A DNA stretch of 63,979 bases, counting the filler, from Basidioascus undulatus (taxonomy: Eukaryota), in assembly GCA_000826855.1 (NCBI GenBank). It is 3 parts of 3 records of this genome, joined end to end, with 100 filler letters (N's around TTAATTAATTAA, not from the genome) between each part and the next. Parts side by side here need not be neighbours in the genome. Positions count along the whole stretch, not along the records: positions 22,087 to 44,053 come from JTLS01000306.1; positions 44,154 to 63,979 come from JTLS01000393.1; 1 more part is not named here. One strand, 5' to 3'. The notes under the pieces were generated by a model, which had not been told where the DNA came from, made no database searches, and saw only the letters and a list, made by a program, of their open reading frames with translations. The position numbers were made by a program, and so were the translations under genes. This document shows positions 38,921 to 52,363 of this stretch, in pieces. How positions within the stretch are numbered: position 1 is the first letter of the stretch; every line of letters starts with the position of its first letter.

Positions 38921-39008
38921 TTAGGATTGTAAGCCGTCACATTATATTTGCAGACGAAGCAGCATTAGGATTGTAAGCCGTCACATTATATTTGCAGACG
39001 AAGCAGCA
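38921..39008. repeat. Perfect 44-bp tandem duplication
   Basis: TTAGGATTGTAAGCCGTCACATTATATTTGCAGACGAAGCAGCA at 38921-38964 and 38965-39008. Confidence 0.95.
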
Positions 39009-39409
39009 TGGGGATACACCGCGAGCTTGCCGCCACCCTCAGCTAAACCATGCAGCACGCGCCATGCATAACGGGGCAACGAATGGCTCAGTCCCAGTAC
39101 CAGAGAACCTCTAGGTTTATTATCCCATAACGAAGCTGACACATGCAAGCCCAACTACTGCGAATAGGGGAGGTTATTTGAAAAGGCAGTTTGCGCTGAA
39201 AATGATTGGCTCTGCATACGCTCTGTCTCCGACAAACCTGTCACCACGCAGAACACCTGGCCCCAAGTACCACTGTCGCTCTACCAGCTCCTCCCACTCT
39301 TCCTCGGTGAGCGGGAGAGATAGTCTGAGAAACCAGTTCGTCAGCGCGTTTTGACGGGAGGCGGCGCAACCACAACGCACATGTCCGATATCGCCTTACA
39401 CACGTCCAT

Positions 39410-39901
39410 AATGGTCATCCCCAGCGGGTTGAAGTGGCGTCCTCGGCGGGAAGGGCACGCCGGGGTAGGCATCGCTGAGCGCAGCGAACAGGTGGGGACT
39501 TTCAGTAGGCTGGGACATAAGCGCGGATTGACTGGGGACTCACTGGGATGGGGAGTGTTCGTCCGTAACAGAGCATACAGCGGCGTCTCCGGGAGGTCCG
39601 GTGGGCTGGGAGGATTGGGGTCCGGCAGCTTTCGTACGACGCAATGCGGGGTGTCAGTAGCTTTCGACTCGCAGCCCACTCTTGCCGACTCACTAAACCC
39701 CTCCTACATCCTCCCTCTTCTCCAGCAGATTAATCCTCCAACCCTCTGTCACATCCTCCGGTAGCTCCAGCAGCGCCTTGAGCGGCCTAGGCCGGGCGAC
39801 ACGCCACCGACGATGGCTATCGACTTGCTCGGCTGCGGCGGGGGCTGCGGGACGGACTGCAGCGAGAGGAGGGAGAGGACGGCTTGCTTGAGCGCGACCA
39901 T
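39410..39901 (-). pseudogene. Flavin-containing monooxygenase pseudogene, N-terminal remnant
   Basis: MVALKQ...KSIAIVGGVSPGL (damaged GxGxxG), frameshift, LKALLELP...LLEKREDVGGV* (TAG where W is expected), LPDPNPPSPPDLPETPLY..LRTNTPHP, YPGVPFPP.TPL. Confidence 0.75.
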
Positions 39902-40496
39902 TGCGACGTTTGGGAGATAGAGAGGAATAAGGACCAGTTGTTGGAATGAGCAATGCGATCGAAGCTACATATACGGTGGACGGCACGCATCAAGTGGCGA
40001 GGCGATCACGCTACGGGCTGCATACAAGCGGAGGTCACCTGCTCTGACCGCCGAATGAGACTCGCAAGAAAGCAAATTGGAGCGTAAGTTCTTGGTGAAG
40101 AACGCTTGCAAAGATTGGTAAAGCGTTTGCCGTCTCAAATGGCCATGCGAGCGGCATGCTCGAACCGCCGCGTTCCCTGAAGGTTGCTTTGCTCCAAGCT
40201 TTCAATTGAGGTTGAGGAAAACTGCTTGCCATCACGGACAGAGAATGCTCGGCACAAAGGAAGCAAGGAGAGCAAGTTCGATGAAGCTCAGCAGAGTGCG
40301 AGAAGGCAAGACCCGATTTCACCCGAGGCCACACACGCCGCAACCAACTTCCAACACGTTTCCTCTCACACGAACATGTTGAAACGGGCAAAGCCGGGCT
40401 TCCTTGCTCCTCCTGTTACCCCTCCGCTAGGAAAGCAATCGGCACACCACACAACGCCAACATGGTATCAAAGTCAAAAGCAATCTTGATTCTTCA

Positions 40497-42437
<1,941 letters not shown>

Positions 42438-43488
42438 TGTAGTCTAAACTGTGCGTGTGGATGGGGGAAGGGTGTGTGGACGAGTGTGGTGATGGAGGAG
42501 AGGCAAGAAGGGTGACGGTCGCGCGCGCTAAAGTATGCCTGCCCTCGGTCGATGGGGTTTCCCGCCTATTCGGCCCCGAAGCCTTGCCCCCGCGCTTCAA
42601 CAGCCCGCTTTCTCTCACATTCGACACTCTTTCCGCCCGCTCAACCCCTCGCTCGAGCCACCCCGCAGCGTCCTTACCACAAATCACAGGGGATCAGCGT
42701 TCTCCTCTAAAGCTCCTAAGCACTGTTCAAGTGTCTTCACGACTCGTCTCGTGCGGAACCCAAGAAGGCGGTGTAGATTTCATTCAAGAGTGCATTGTTG
42801 GTGCATTGCTCAGAAAGGCAAGCACCTCGTCCTCTCCACACGCCCCGCAATCGATGCATCGTCCTCTGCGCCCTGCTTGGCTCCCCGGCCAATCGCAGCG
42901 CTCCAGAACGCCCCCACAGACTTGCACATGCACTTTGATGCCTCTTCTAATCCACGCTCGCGTTCTGTACTTTCGCGCAACGCCTGCTGCACCGTCGCCG
43001 TTCGGACGAGTAGATGCGATCGCTCTCACTCACTCAGCTGCCTGCGGACTGTTCTGTTTGCTTTGATGTCATCTTCATTGCCCATCCGCAGAGTCCGCAT
43101 GCTTGGACACGTTTGTGTATAGAACTCCTTGACACCCGGCATTGCCATGTGTAGGACGCTGCGACAGATTGCACATTTCGTTGCGTCAATGTGAGGTTGT
43201 TGTCCGACTTGGAGTCCTTATCTATTACGACAACTTATCAATCACACAAACTTCACTCTTCGCTCTGTCATACCGCTGAAGCAACAGGCAAAAGAGGCAA
43301 TGCCCCGCGAGTCAACGTGGGAGCGGGCATGACTGATCATGCACAACAGACGGATATTCAATATTACTGTTATAACACCACCAGGGCACTGCGACGAGCT
43401 TGATCTCCCGGACGATCCCATCACGGACCATCACCAACGGAGACAAAGAAAGGTCTGTATGCGCTCCTCCCCCGCCACCCCTTCACAC

Positions 43489-44053
43489 CTAAGCCTTCGC
43501 CGGCGGCTTGCGCGCAACGCCGAGGTCCTGTGTTCCCCAAGGTTCCAGTCAGCCGCGAACATGCCACGCGGGCGGGGTAAAGGTGGTGCAGAGCAAGCAA
43601 GAAGGGATGGATTCGAGACGGGAGAGAGGGGAAGAGATTGGGGAGTGGGAATAGAGAGGAAAGTAGGGAGAAGGAACGGAGGGGGAGGAGGAGGAAACGA
43701 GGAAACGACACACCTTGATCTTCCCCGTCCCGATATCGTACACCCACCCGTGGACGACGACCTCCTTCCCCGCGGCCCACGCGTCCCGGATCACGTCCGT
43801 CGCGAGCACGTTCTCCACCTGCGCCTTGACATTCTCGTCCACGACCGTGCGGTGCGCGGCCTCGGGGTCGGCGGCGTGCGAGGCTTCGAGGGAGTCTGGC
43901 GGGACGGGGAGGCAGCGACCAGGGGAATCGTTGGAGAGGCGGGTTGGCGAGTCGGCGAGTCGCAGGGTTGGCGGGACGTGGGTTGGAGCGAGACGGTGGA
44001 GGATGCTGTAGCGCGGGGTTGGGGGACGGGTGAAGGTGCGGGTGCGGGCGTGG
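43489..44053 (-). CDS. Beta-carbonic anhydrase, 3' fragment cut by the contig end
   Basis: VDENVKAQVENVLATDVIRDAW..GKEVVVHGWVYDIGTGKIK|DLGV. Confidence 0.85.
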
Positions 44054-44153
44054 NNNNNNNNNNNNNNNNNNNNNNNNNNNNNNNNNNNNNNNNNNNNTTA
44101 ATTAATTAANNNNNNNNNNNNNNNNNNNNNNNNNNNNNNNNNNNNNNNNNNNN
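44054..44153. other. Artificial contig linker N44-TTAATTAATTAA-N44
   Basis: Same structure as 21987-22086. Confidence 0.97.
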
Positions 44154-44357
44154 TCTGGGAGACGGGGGAGAAGAGGGAGGGGGACTCACGGGGCGGGGGA
44201 GTGGGTGGGATCGTTGAGTGTTCGAGGATGAAGTGGGAGGATCGATCGAGTGAGAGTGAGTGAGTAAAGGCATGCAAGCACGCGGCGGGGGAGTTGTGGG
44301 GTCGTTGCGGTGCAGGTTCGTGCGTATATACAAGGCTATGTTCGAGCCGGTACAGGA

Positions 44358-44784
44358 TCATGCGAGGGGACTGATAAGCCTGCAAACAAACCACCAGCAG
44401 TCAGCACGAGGTAGCCGTCAGGAAGGTTCGAAAGCGGAGGCGTCGAGCAGCCATACTTGATCAGGGAGGGCTGGGGAGAAGACCGCTGGAAGCTGCACCG
44501 CCAAACCCCCTCAGCACCATTCCCTTCCCTCTGAGACCAGGAAAGAAGAGACGCACCCGACGTAGATGACGAACGGGATCCAACCCCAGTGCACGACGGT
44601 CTGCGCACCCGTCCCGATGTCAGTTTGGGGAGAGCGAAAAGTGTCGAGGGAGCAAGGCACCTTGGCGACCTCGATGGTCTTGGAGATGCGCTCCTGTGCA
44701 CCAACCACCATATAATAAGCAGCACGCCCTCAAATCAAACGACGTATTCTCGCAGCGCACCTTGTTCTCCTCGCTGAAAGCCAT
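44358..44784 (-). CDS. TOM7: Mitochondrial outer-membrane translocase subunit Tom7, 5 short exons
   Basis: Spliced MAFSEENK|ERISKTIEVAK|TVVHWGWIPFVIYVG|FQRSSPQPSLIK|LISPLA*. Confidence 0.92.
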
Positions 44785-45003
44785 TTTCGCAGTGATGAGT
44801 GTGGAGCTGCAGGGCGACAAGCGGCGAAGGGTTCCCCACGAGCGCGGCCGAAAGGGCCATTTCTCGTGAGCCCGAAAGGCGCGTTTCCTTCGCGGACTGG
44901 GCGGTCTTCCTTTCCAGCTCGCTTGCTCGCCGCCCTGCCTTCCCCGTTGCACTCCTTGTCCTCCCCATCGCGCACGACGACCACGACAACGACGCCGGCC
45001 ACG

Positions 45004-45603
45004 ATGGACTCTTCCTCTGCTCTCACTACGCGCTTTTCCGCGCCTACGTCCGTCTCCGTCCCCCCAGCTTGAATAGTGCCCCCGTACCCTAGCGGGCAGC
45101 TGGTCGCATGCTCATCCCCCTTCTCTTTCCCTCACAGCCGGACGGTCCACGTCCACCCCGTCGTCCTCTTCTCCGTGCTGGACCACTACCTCCGTCGGCC
45201 CCTCGGGCAGGAGCGCGTGATCGGCGCGCTCCTCGGCACGCGCACCGACACCGACGTCGAGGTCCGCTCCTCGTTCGCCGTCCCCCACTCGGAGGGCGAG
45301 GAGCAGGCCACCGTCGACTCGGAGCACCTGCGCAGCATGCTCGAGCTCAGCGCAAAGGTCAACCCGAAGGAGGTCGTCGTGGGCTGGTGAGTCGGGGTGG
45401 CGCAAGGATGAATGAGGTAGGGATGGTCGGGACGGCTGACATGGTTTGCGGGCGGCCAGGTACGCCACCGGCCCCGCGCTCAACGCCTACTCCGCCCTCA
45501 TCCAAAACTTCTTCTCGCAAGAGACCGCCCCGCACCAAGCCATCCACCTCACCGTCGACACCTCCATCGCGGACGCCTCCCTCGGCGTGCGCGCCTACTC
45601 CAG
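45004..45603 (+). CDS. eIF3f: Translation initiation factor eIF3 subunit F (MPN domain), 5' part only
   Basis: VHVHPVVLFSVLDHYLRR..QERVIGALLG..VEVRSSFAVPHSE...KVNPKEVVVGW|YATGPALNAYSALIQNFFSQETAPHQAIHLTVDT. The C-terminal helical part is not found downstream. Confidence 0.9.
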
Positions 45604-45723
45604 GTACGCTCTCCCTACTTTTCCGCCTTCCTCCCCCCCCCTCAAACCTCCTTGCCTTCTTTCCCGTCTCCATTCTCTCGCTGGAGGATCACGCACCTGA
45701 CTGCGGATGAGCATGTGAATCAG

Positions 45724-46828
45724 ACTAGTCCACGTCTTTACCTCCTACTTCGGCGCACTCACGAGCCTCGTATGGTCGCCCGACGGGCGGTTCGTGCTCG
45801 TGCGTCTCGATCTTACTCGATCGGACACGACGGAAAGGTGCTGACTGATGGTTGGGCGAACAGACGGGCGGGCAAGACGAGTGCGTGCATGGCTTTGAGC
45901 AGACCGGAGCAGAGAGCGGAGGTGCTGATTTTGGGGCTGGGCACGCAGTCTGATCACCATATTCTCGCCGCGGGACGGACGCGTTGTAGCGCGATGCCAG
46001 GGGTGGGTCCCACTTTCCTTACAGTATCAGTGGGTCGTGGGAGTGAATGCTAACAGGAAGCGGAATGCAAATGGACAGCCACTCCTCATTCGTCACCGCC
46101 CTCGCGTTCGACCCCTGGCGCTCAGACGGGCGTACATACCGCTTCGGATCAGTAGGCGAAGACTGTCGGCTCATCCTCGTGCGTCCTCCCCCTGTCCTTC
46201 CCTCCTCTCTCCTCCTCCTTCTCCTCTTCCTCTTGCACCCAATTCCCCATTCATACCCATCTCCCCGGCAGTGGGACTTTTCCACCGCCGCCCTCAACCG
46301 GCCGAAGCACCTGCACCACCACCACTCGCACGGGCCCGGGCACGGACACCAGGCGGGAAAGCCGTCCCTCTCGTCCATCAGCCTCGGGCGCCGGCGGTCC
46401 GACTCGGGCATGGGCGCCGGCGCGGGGGACGCGGGCGAGCGCGCGGGGCAGGAGGCGCGCCCGGATGGGAGGCCGTGGCACTGGCATGATACGCCGACGA
46501 AGAGCGAGGTCGCAGTGCTGCAGCCTGTTATGGTCCGTCGGTTCCTCCTTCCTTCCTCCCCCTTCCCCTTCTTCCGGGATACTGAATACTGTGCTGTACT
46601 GGACGCCGACAGAACAAGCAAATAGGCTCCGACATCCTGACAGGCATCGCGTTCGTCGCCGAGGGGATCGTAGTGACCACCGCGACAGGCACGGCGAAGC
46701 TGTGGAAGCGCCCGCCTGCGGGTGTGGGGTCCGCGGGGTCTGGAGGACAGGGCAGGAGGCGCGCCGGCGCGTGGACCCAGGGGTGGGCGGCCGCGAGCAC
46801 GACGGGCGTGGGGGTTGGGGCGGGGTAG
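45724..46828 (+). CDS. creC: CreC/WDR20-like WD40 protein, 3' part only
   Basis: [82 protein letters not shown]...GEAVEA region read as KLWKRP. No N-terminal half upstream. Confidence 0.88.
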
Positions 46829-46898
46829 ATGACGGGCGGGATGAGGAGGAGGGGAGAGGAGAGGGGAGAGAGGGGCAGAGGGGGCAGGCAGTGTTGTA

Positions 46899-46927
46899 TT
46901 GAGTGTTGAGTGTTGAGTGTTGAGTGT
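46899..46927. repeat. (TTGAGTG)x4 short tandem repeat
   Basis: Directly visible just 3' of the CreC stop. Confidence 0.9.
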
Positions 46928-48939
46928 GCGATGTAGAGACGATGATATGTGGAGCTTAAGGTTGTATGTGCGTGTCTCACAGCGGAGGATGAATCGGGAA
47001 CTTGCCGTGGGCCATAGTCGCTGAACCGGTGGATGGCACGAAGATGACCTTGGTGGTGGCTGTTTGTCGATTCCAGATATCTGTGTCGATGTTTCTAGAC
47101 GCTCTTGACTTGATGGATGTTTGTCCGCTGGCGGCAGCCCATCCAACGTCCCAAGCTCGCAGTGGCATGGCGAAGGGTGCGCCTGTATCCAGACAGCCGA
47201 GCCTTTCGATGAAAGGGGAGCAACGCCCTCACAAGATCGGCAGGGGAAGGCAAGCGAAATAGACCGATGTATCCTTGTTTTTTTACCACCCACTTTGTCT
47301 AACTGTCTTTGCCCAAGGCGGTCGGTCTGCTTGTGGCAACGACGCTAGCGTTGCAAGAGTGTTTACTTCGCGCCTTCCACATTCGCCTACCGAGCCCGCC
47401 ACCAGTCTCTGCCTCTTTCCGCAAACCGCCATCTACCTTGCTCACTCCAAAATCTTTAGGCTATCTTACCTCTTACCATCCCTCCCCCTACTCACATTAC
47501 ACTGTTCCGATCATCGCTGGCTGTCGCTGTCGCCCCAAAAACCCCAACTTCGACTCGCTCTTCCATCATTCGTCGTCTGATAATGGCTCCGCGGCTTCGA
47601 GAACCCGACAGACAGCCTACTTGACTGTATATCTCATTGGATTGGGGGCAATTATCGCCACCTAGTCCGCGATCGAAACGCCCTTCGTGTACGGCGACGT
47701 TTTCCATCCCGTTCTCGATTCAGCGTCGCAGCCTTCACGGGCTCCGCCACCGTCGCCTGCATCTGCGGCTACATCCGCCTCAAGCGGTTCTTGAACTTGC
47801 TCCACAAAGTCAACCCCACATCCCGCGTCAACCAGGCGATCTTCCTTCTCGGGTTCGAGGGCGCCTTTGTGGTTTCCGTGCTGCGCCCCGAGGACATCAT
47901 TTCTGACTGGTGCCTCCCACCGTTTCTTGTCGCTGCTTTCGCCATACCCGGCATAGCGACAATACCGGGAACGACCCATGTAGTCTCCGGAGCTCCCAAA
48001 CTGTGGTTCCACTGGCGAGCAAGCGCTCACAGCACGTCTTGAGCGGGTTAAGGGCTTATTTCCAGCCTCATTTCCCGCCGAAGACATAATCGCTGAGATG
48101 TACTCGGCTCACAGTTTACATTGGTAAATGTAAGGGAGCATGGGGCATGGCAGCGGCTAAGTGCATGATGAGATAGGGAAATCCCATCTTCAACCGCACC
48201 TGTTTACTTGCCTCTGATGCATGATCAACTTGTAGGCAAAACGTCTGGGCAAGCGCACCAATGTTCTCGCTCTCCTTGTGTGCGTGGCGCTTCTGTAGAT
48301 GCTTGATCCCACCGCATAAACTTTATATTAATGACGATCAGTAAACGCTCCATAACACACTGGAGACGCACTACAGTTCTTTTTAGCTAAAAGGACTGGC
48401 TCTGCTGCGCTGGTCAAGCCTTACCGGGGGACATCCTCCGAGTGGAGAGGATGACAACGCGACAATGGGAGGTCTGAGCTAGAAACGAGCAACAGACTGT
48501 TAGCGAGGTTGAGCTGGGGGGAGTTGAGGTTGTGTGAACTCTTGAAAGTTCTCTTTAGAGGGGCTTTCTCTCACATGCTCGTTGAAGACGTCAGTCACGC
48601 CTGCTCTGTCTTCCTTCGCCCTGACAGGACAGAGCATATGCCAAACGAACCGACCGATAAGAATGGAGCCTATAGCATGTATCGCTGCGGCACGCAGGGT
48701 CCCCGGAACTTTTGGGCAGTGAATAATGCATTTTGCTTCACACCAGAACACCATGGCGCTCCGAACAAATTCAAGCGGCGTCCGGAAGCTTTACACGCTT
48801 GATGTTGTGCGACTTGATGAGCAGTGCGGAAAACGCTGCCAACCCACCAGCAAACACTACTTTTAATCGGTTGTGTCAGTCGCTGTCAGCTATTGAAAGG
48901 AGAAAGAAAGAGATGGGATGGAAAATGCGTGCCGATGAT

Positions 48940-49930
48940 GTAGGTGTAGTCGAGTGCCGAGACGTAAGCGCTCAGCACGGCCGACTGAATATTGGAGGGA
49001 ACATCTGGTAGGGTTTACGGAATCTGTCAGCCGACATTGGGTCCTGTCTGACAACCATTGAGAACCGGAAAACACTGACTCCGGAGAGCCGATACGCCTT
49101 CTTTCAGAGCCGCTTTTGACGCTTCAGGCAGAGTCTGTGTGTCACAAGCAACAGACGAGTAAGTCGCCGCACTTTTAGGGCCGATGGTAAAGGGTACATA
49201 CCGGAGCGTTATGCGCCATGCTTTGCGAAAGTTGGTTTGAGAATGCGGTGCCAGCCAGCGCCACGCCGACTGCGCCACCGACGTGTTGCCCAAAGCTTAC
49301 CAGTGACGTTGACTGTAGGCATGATGACGATAGTATTGGCTATGCCCTTGAGTTCAAAAAACAAAGTGCCTCACCAGCACTGCCATCGCTTCGTTATCTT
49401 TGTAGTGCGCCCTGAGTCCGTGGTGGAGTTGAAGCTCCTGAACGTATACGGAACATATCGCAATGCAACTCACTGGCATGCGATGATAGGCTGCTGCAAG
49501 GTCGCTCCGACGCCAATACTCAGAAGGATCTGGGTATACGGTAGCGGATGAGCAAGGCACATAAAAGATGCCTTGAGAAAACGGGGAAGCGTACCTGGAA
49601 GCCGATTAGCTGCGCATGGGTTGCGTGCGCGCTCACGCTGAAAAGCAGCCCTGCCCCGACCGCCCACAACATCGGGCCGATCAAGAGCCAAATACAGTGG
49701 TTGCCTGTTTTAGAAACAACGCTGCCATAAAACTTTTTGTAAGAACACGGAGTTGCAGTGAGGGACGAGCTGTCAATAAAGTGCAGGGTCCTCGTCGACA
49801 TCACCCCAACCGACTTCGACATTTGATTGGAGATAATGTGACAGGGCCGCAACAACGTCAGCGCATCGAGGCAGCGCAGGAGGGAAGGATTAGGCTGCTA
49901 ACGTATACCTCCGGCAGTGCTTGATCGAAC
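48940..49930 (-). pseudogene. 3' fragment of a 14-TM MFS drug:H+ antiporter (DHA2-like)
   Basis: GSVVSKTGN..IWLLIGPMLWAVGAGLLFSV...QLIGFQ|ILLSIGVGATLQQPIIACQ, then FGQHVGGAVGVALAGTAFSNQL. No N-terminal half recognised. Confidence 0.65.
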
Positions 49931-51029
49931 CTAAGGCCTTGCAAAATATTCTGCATCTTTGGAACTGGGGTGAAACAGATAACAAGACTTCAGTCCCAGC
50001 ACATCGCTGATCATGCTCTCTGTGAAGGATTGCGCGCCCTGCATCTTCGAAACGACCGGCAAGGCCGCAAGAGTGTAATAGCTTTGTGTTTTCCTACATT
50101 CTGTGCAGAATGCTCGATTGGGTTGATTCATAGGTACAGTCTAAGCCATAACAAGATTTCTGATACGCTATTGGTCCAGCCCCGGGTGAAAGGGCAGTAA
50201 TTAGGTATCGCAGTCCACTACCCCGCAGCCACCCGCTTGTGTGGAGCACCCCTGCATTCTTATCGATACATCATTTTCAGGCTGCTTTGGGTCTGAACAG
50301 CTAAGATGGTGTTGGTGTCCCAGCTCAGCCACATGTTCGTGGTCGTGTGTCGCCTTCGGAAGCACTGTCCGAGCGACCAAAAAGGCTGGGGCCCCAACTG
50401 GAGGTGCCAGCCCTCCATGAACTCCCATTGCTCGGGGTTGGAATGGGATAGATAAGTATGAAGGAACAAGAAAAATAAGGTAGGGCTATTAGTCGTAAGT
50501 GCGTAACGCGTCGAGAGCGACAATCACAGCAGTCGACTCGGACACGACAGTATCGCAACGCAGCCGTTGAAGCAAGCGCTGGCAGGAGGTATGCCCGACG
50601 TCTCTCAAAATAGCAGACGAGAGGTTGAGCGGAAACTGGGGTGGTCGGCCCGAAGTCGATGGACGTATCAGAGCAAGAACGAGGCTATCAAGTCTCTCTT
50701 GGAGAGAGCGAACCGGAACGGGTCTAGAACAAGGCAAATATTGAGGGGTGAATCGGCTAGGTAACTTAACACCCTGGCCCTCGGGAAGGATTTATTAGTG
50801 GTAAAGAGAGAAGGGGGCCTTGGATGGAGAACTGCGTCGAGCTGCACTGGAGCACTGACTGCGGTTGCGGCAGTACTCTGCGGGCTTCTCAACCCAATCG
50901 ACTTCCTTCGAGAATTTCTATATGTTCTAGCTAACAGAGCATCAATCAGATATTATTGAAGCCGACACAGCCGTTCACGCCAGCTGATTCACGTCAAGGT
51001 GCTCTAAACTTCACTCAATTCATCTAGGC

Positions 51030-51917
51030 CTACAGACCCCGGCTCTTGATGATGCTGATCCACGACCTCGCAATATAATCCGCATACTCTGTCGAGCCCT
51101 GCACGACGCCCTTTACGCGCTCGGCGTCCTCGAGTCGGCGGTCGAGGAAGGCGTAAGTCGATTGAAGCGTCGCGTCTTCGCTTAGTTGGTGGAGCTCTGC
51201 GGTAGATCAAGAGGTCAATGTGGTTTTGCGTGATACGAGGGGCATGTTGTGGACAAGAAAGGCAACATACCGGTGGAAAGATAGACGGATGCGAGCGACA
51301 GACGAGGCGGGTACCACGAGAGCTGTTGCAGGATCAGGCTGAGCCCAGCGACTCGCAAGAGCAGGAAAGGAAACGGAAGGGACACACATCAGGTCGTGCG
51401 AGAGACGCGGTCGACGCAATCGCGTCTGCCATCGAGAAACCGTGTGCGAGCAGCGGAAGGGGGTTGAAAGCCGGGACGAAGTGGTCCCAGCCGAACGGCA
51501 GCTTGACCCTATCAGGGGTCACTGCCAGCGCCAGAGCCTACCTTCCACCTATGTTCAGCGCACCATCCAAAATCATGTGAACTTGAAAGCGTACCTCTGC
51601 AGCTCGGTCCACCCCCAACTCCTCGTTCCACCTCAACCGCTCCCTCAGCATCCCCCGCACGCCCTGCTCCCGCGCCTGGGAGACACTCTCGGCGCGCGCG
51701 AGATCGAGCCACGCGCGCGCAAGCGCACGCTCTGGTCCCGGGGATGGACCATGCAGCGCGTTGAGCGCGTGGGGGGTCAGAGAAGGGTTGAGGGCGAGGA
51801 TGATGCGGGCGGAGAAGCCCTGGGAGCGCAGAAGGGGGAGGGCGGAGGGGGTGAGCCTGCGGTGGGTGGAACGTCAGCAACTGGGACTGCCATGAGTGCC
51901 GTGTGGACGTACTTCAT
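51030..51917 (-). CDS. COQ9: Coq9-like ubiquinone biosynthesis protein
   Basis: Spliced MK|LTPSALPLLRSQGFS...LRERLRWN..|ALAL...|LSWYPPRLSLASVYLST|ELHQL...AFLDRRLED...RSWISIIKSRGL*, matching the Coq9 WY..R.SL..IY...EL and FLDRRLED pattern. Confidence 0.7.
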
Positions 51918-52363
51918 GATGAATGAGAGCGAGTTTGATGGGAGGGAAAGGAGAGAGGCGAGCTGCCTGTGAGCGGAGAAGTTGGCTCTTTGCTTCCGTC
52001 ACCATCGCGAATTGCCAAACTAATGAACGGGAAGACGGGCTAGTTACAGACACCAACAATCCATGAGTGCTTTGTTCAATTTCATCCGCTTCAGCCAAAT
52101 AGAATGGCCCAAAGGACGTAGTACGCTGCTAACTTCAGCTGGACGCGTCAAACGCGATCAGACGCGTCGCGACCAAATTGCGATCGCCGCCGCCTCGCGT
52201 GCTCTGCGTTTCCCCGATTGCCGCTCATCCACGACCTCCGCACACCCTCGTAGACGGTGCTCATCTAGAGGTATTCCCAAAGACCAGATCTAAGACGTCG
52301 GCAGAGCTCATTCACGTCTTACCTCGCAGATTCATACTCTTCTGCTCTCTCGTTCACCAACCG

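Noticed and set aside
46899..46927. Interstitial telomere repeat
   Set aside because: The TTGAGTG unit is not TTAGGG-like enough and only four copies are present.
46019..47293. 424-aa minus-strand ORF and many similar long ORFs in the track
   Set aside because: These are shadow frames opposite GC-rich real genes or low-complexity DNA and carry no protein motifs.
48161..48221. Possible box C/D snoRNA (ATGATGA...CTGA with short TGCA flanks)
   Set aside because: Only about 53 nt from box C to box D, and no rRNA-complementary guide could be recognised.
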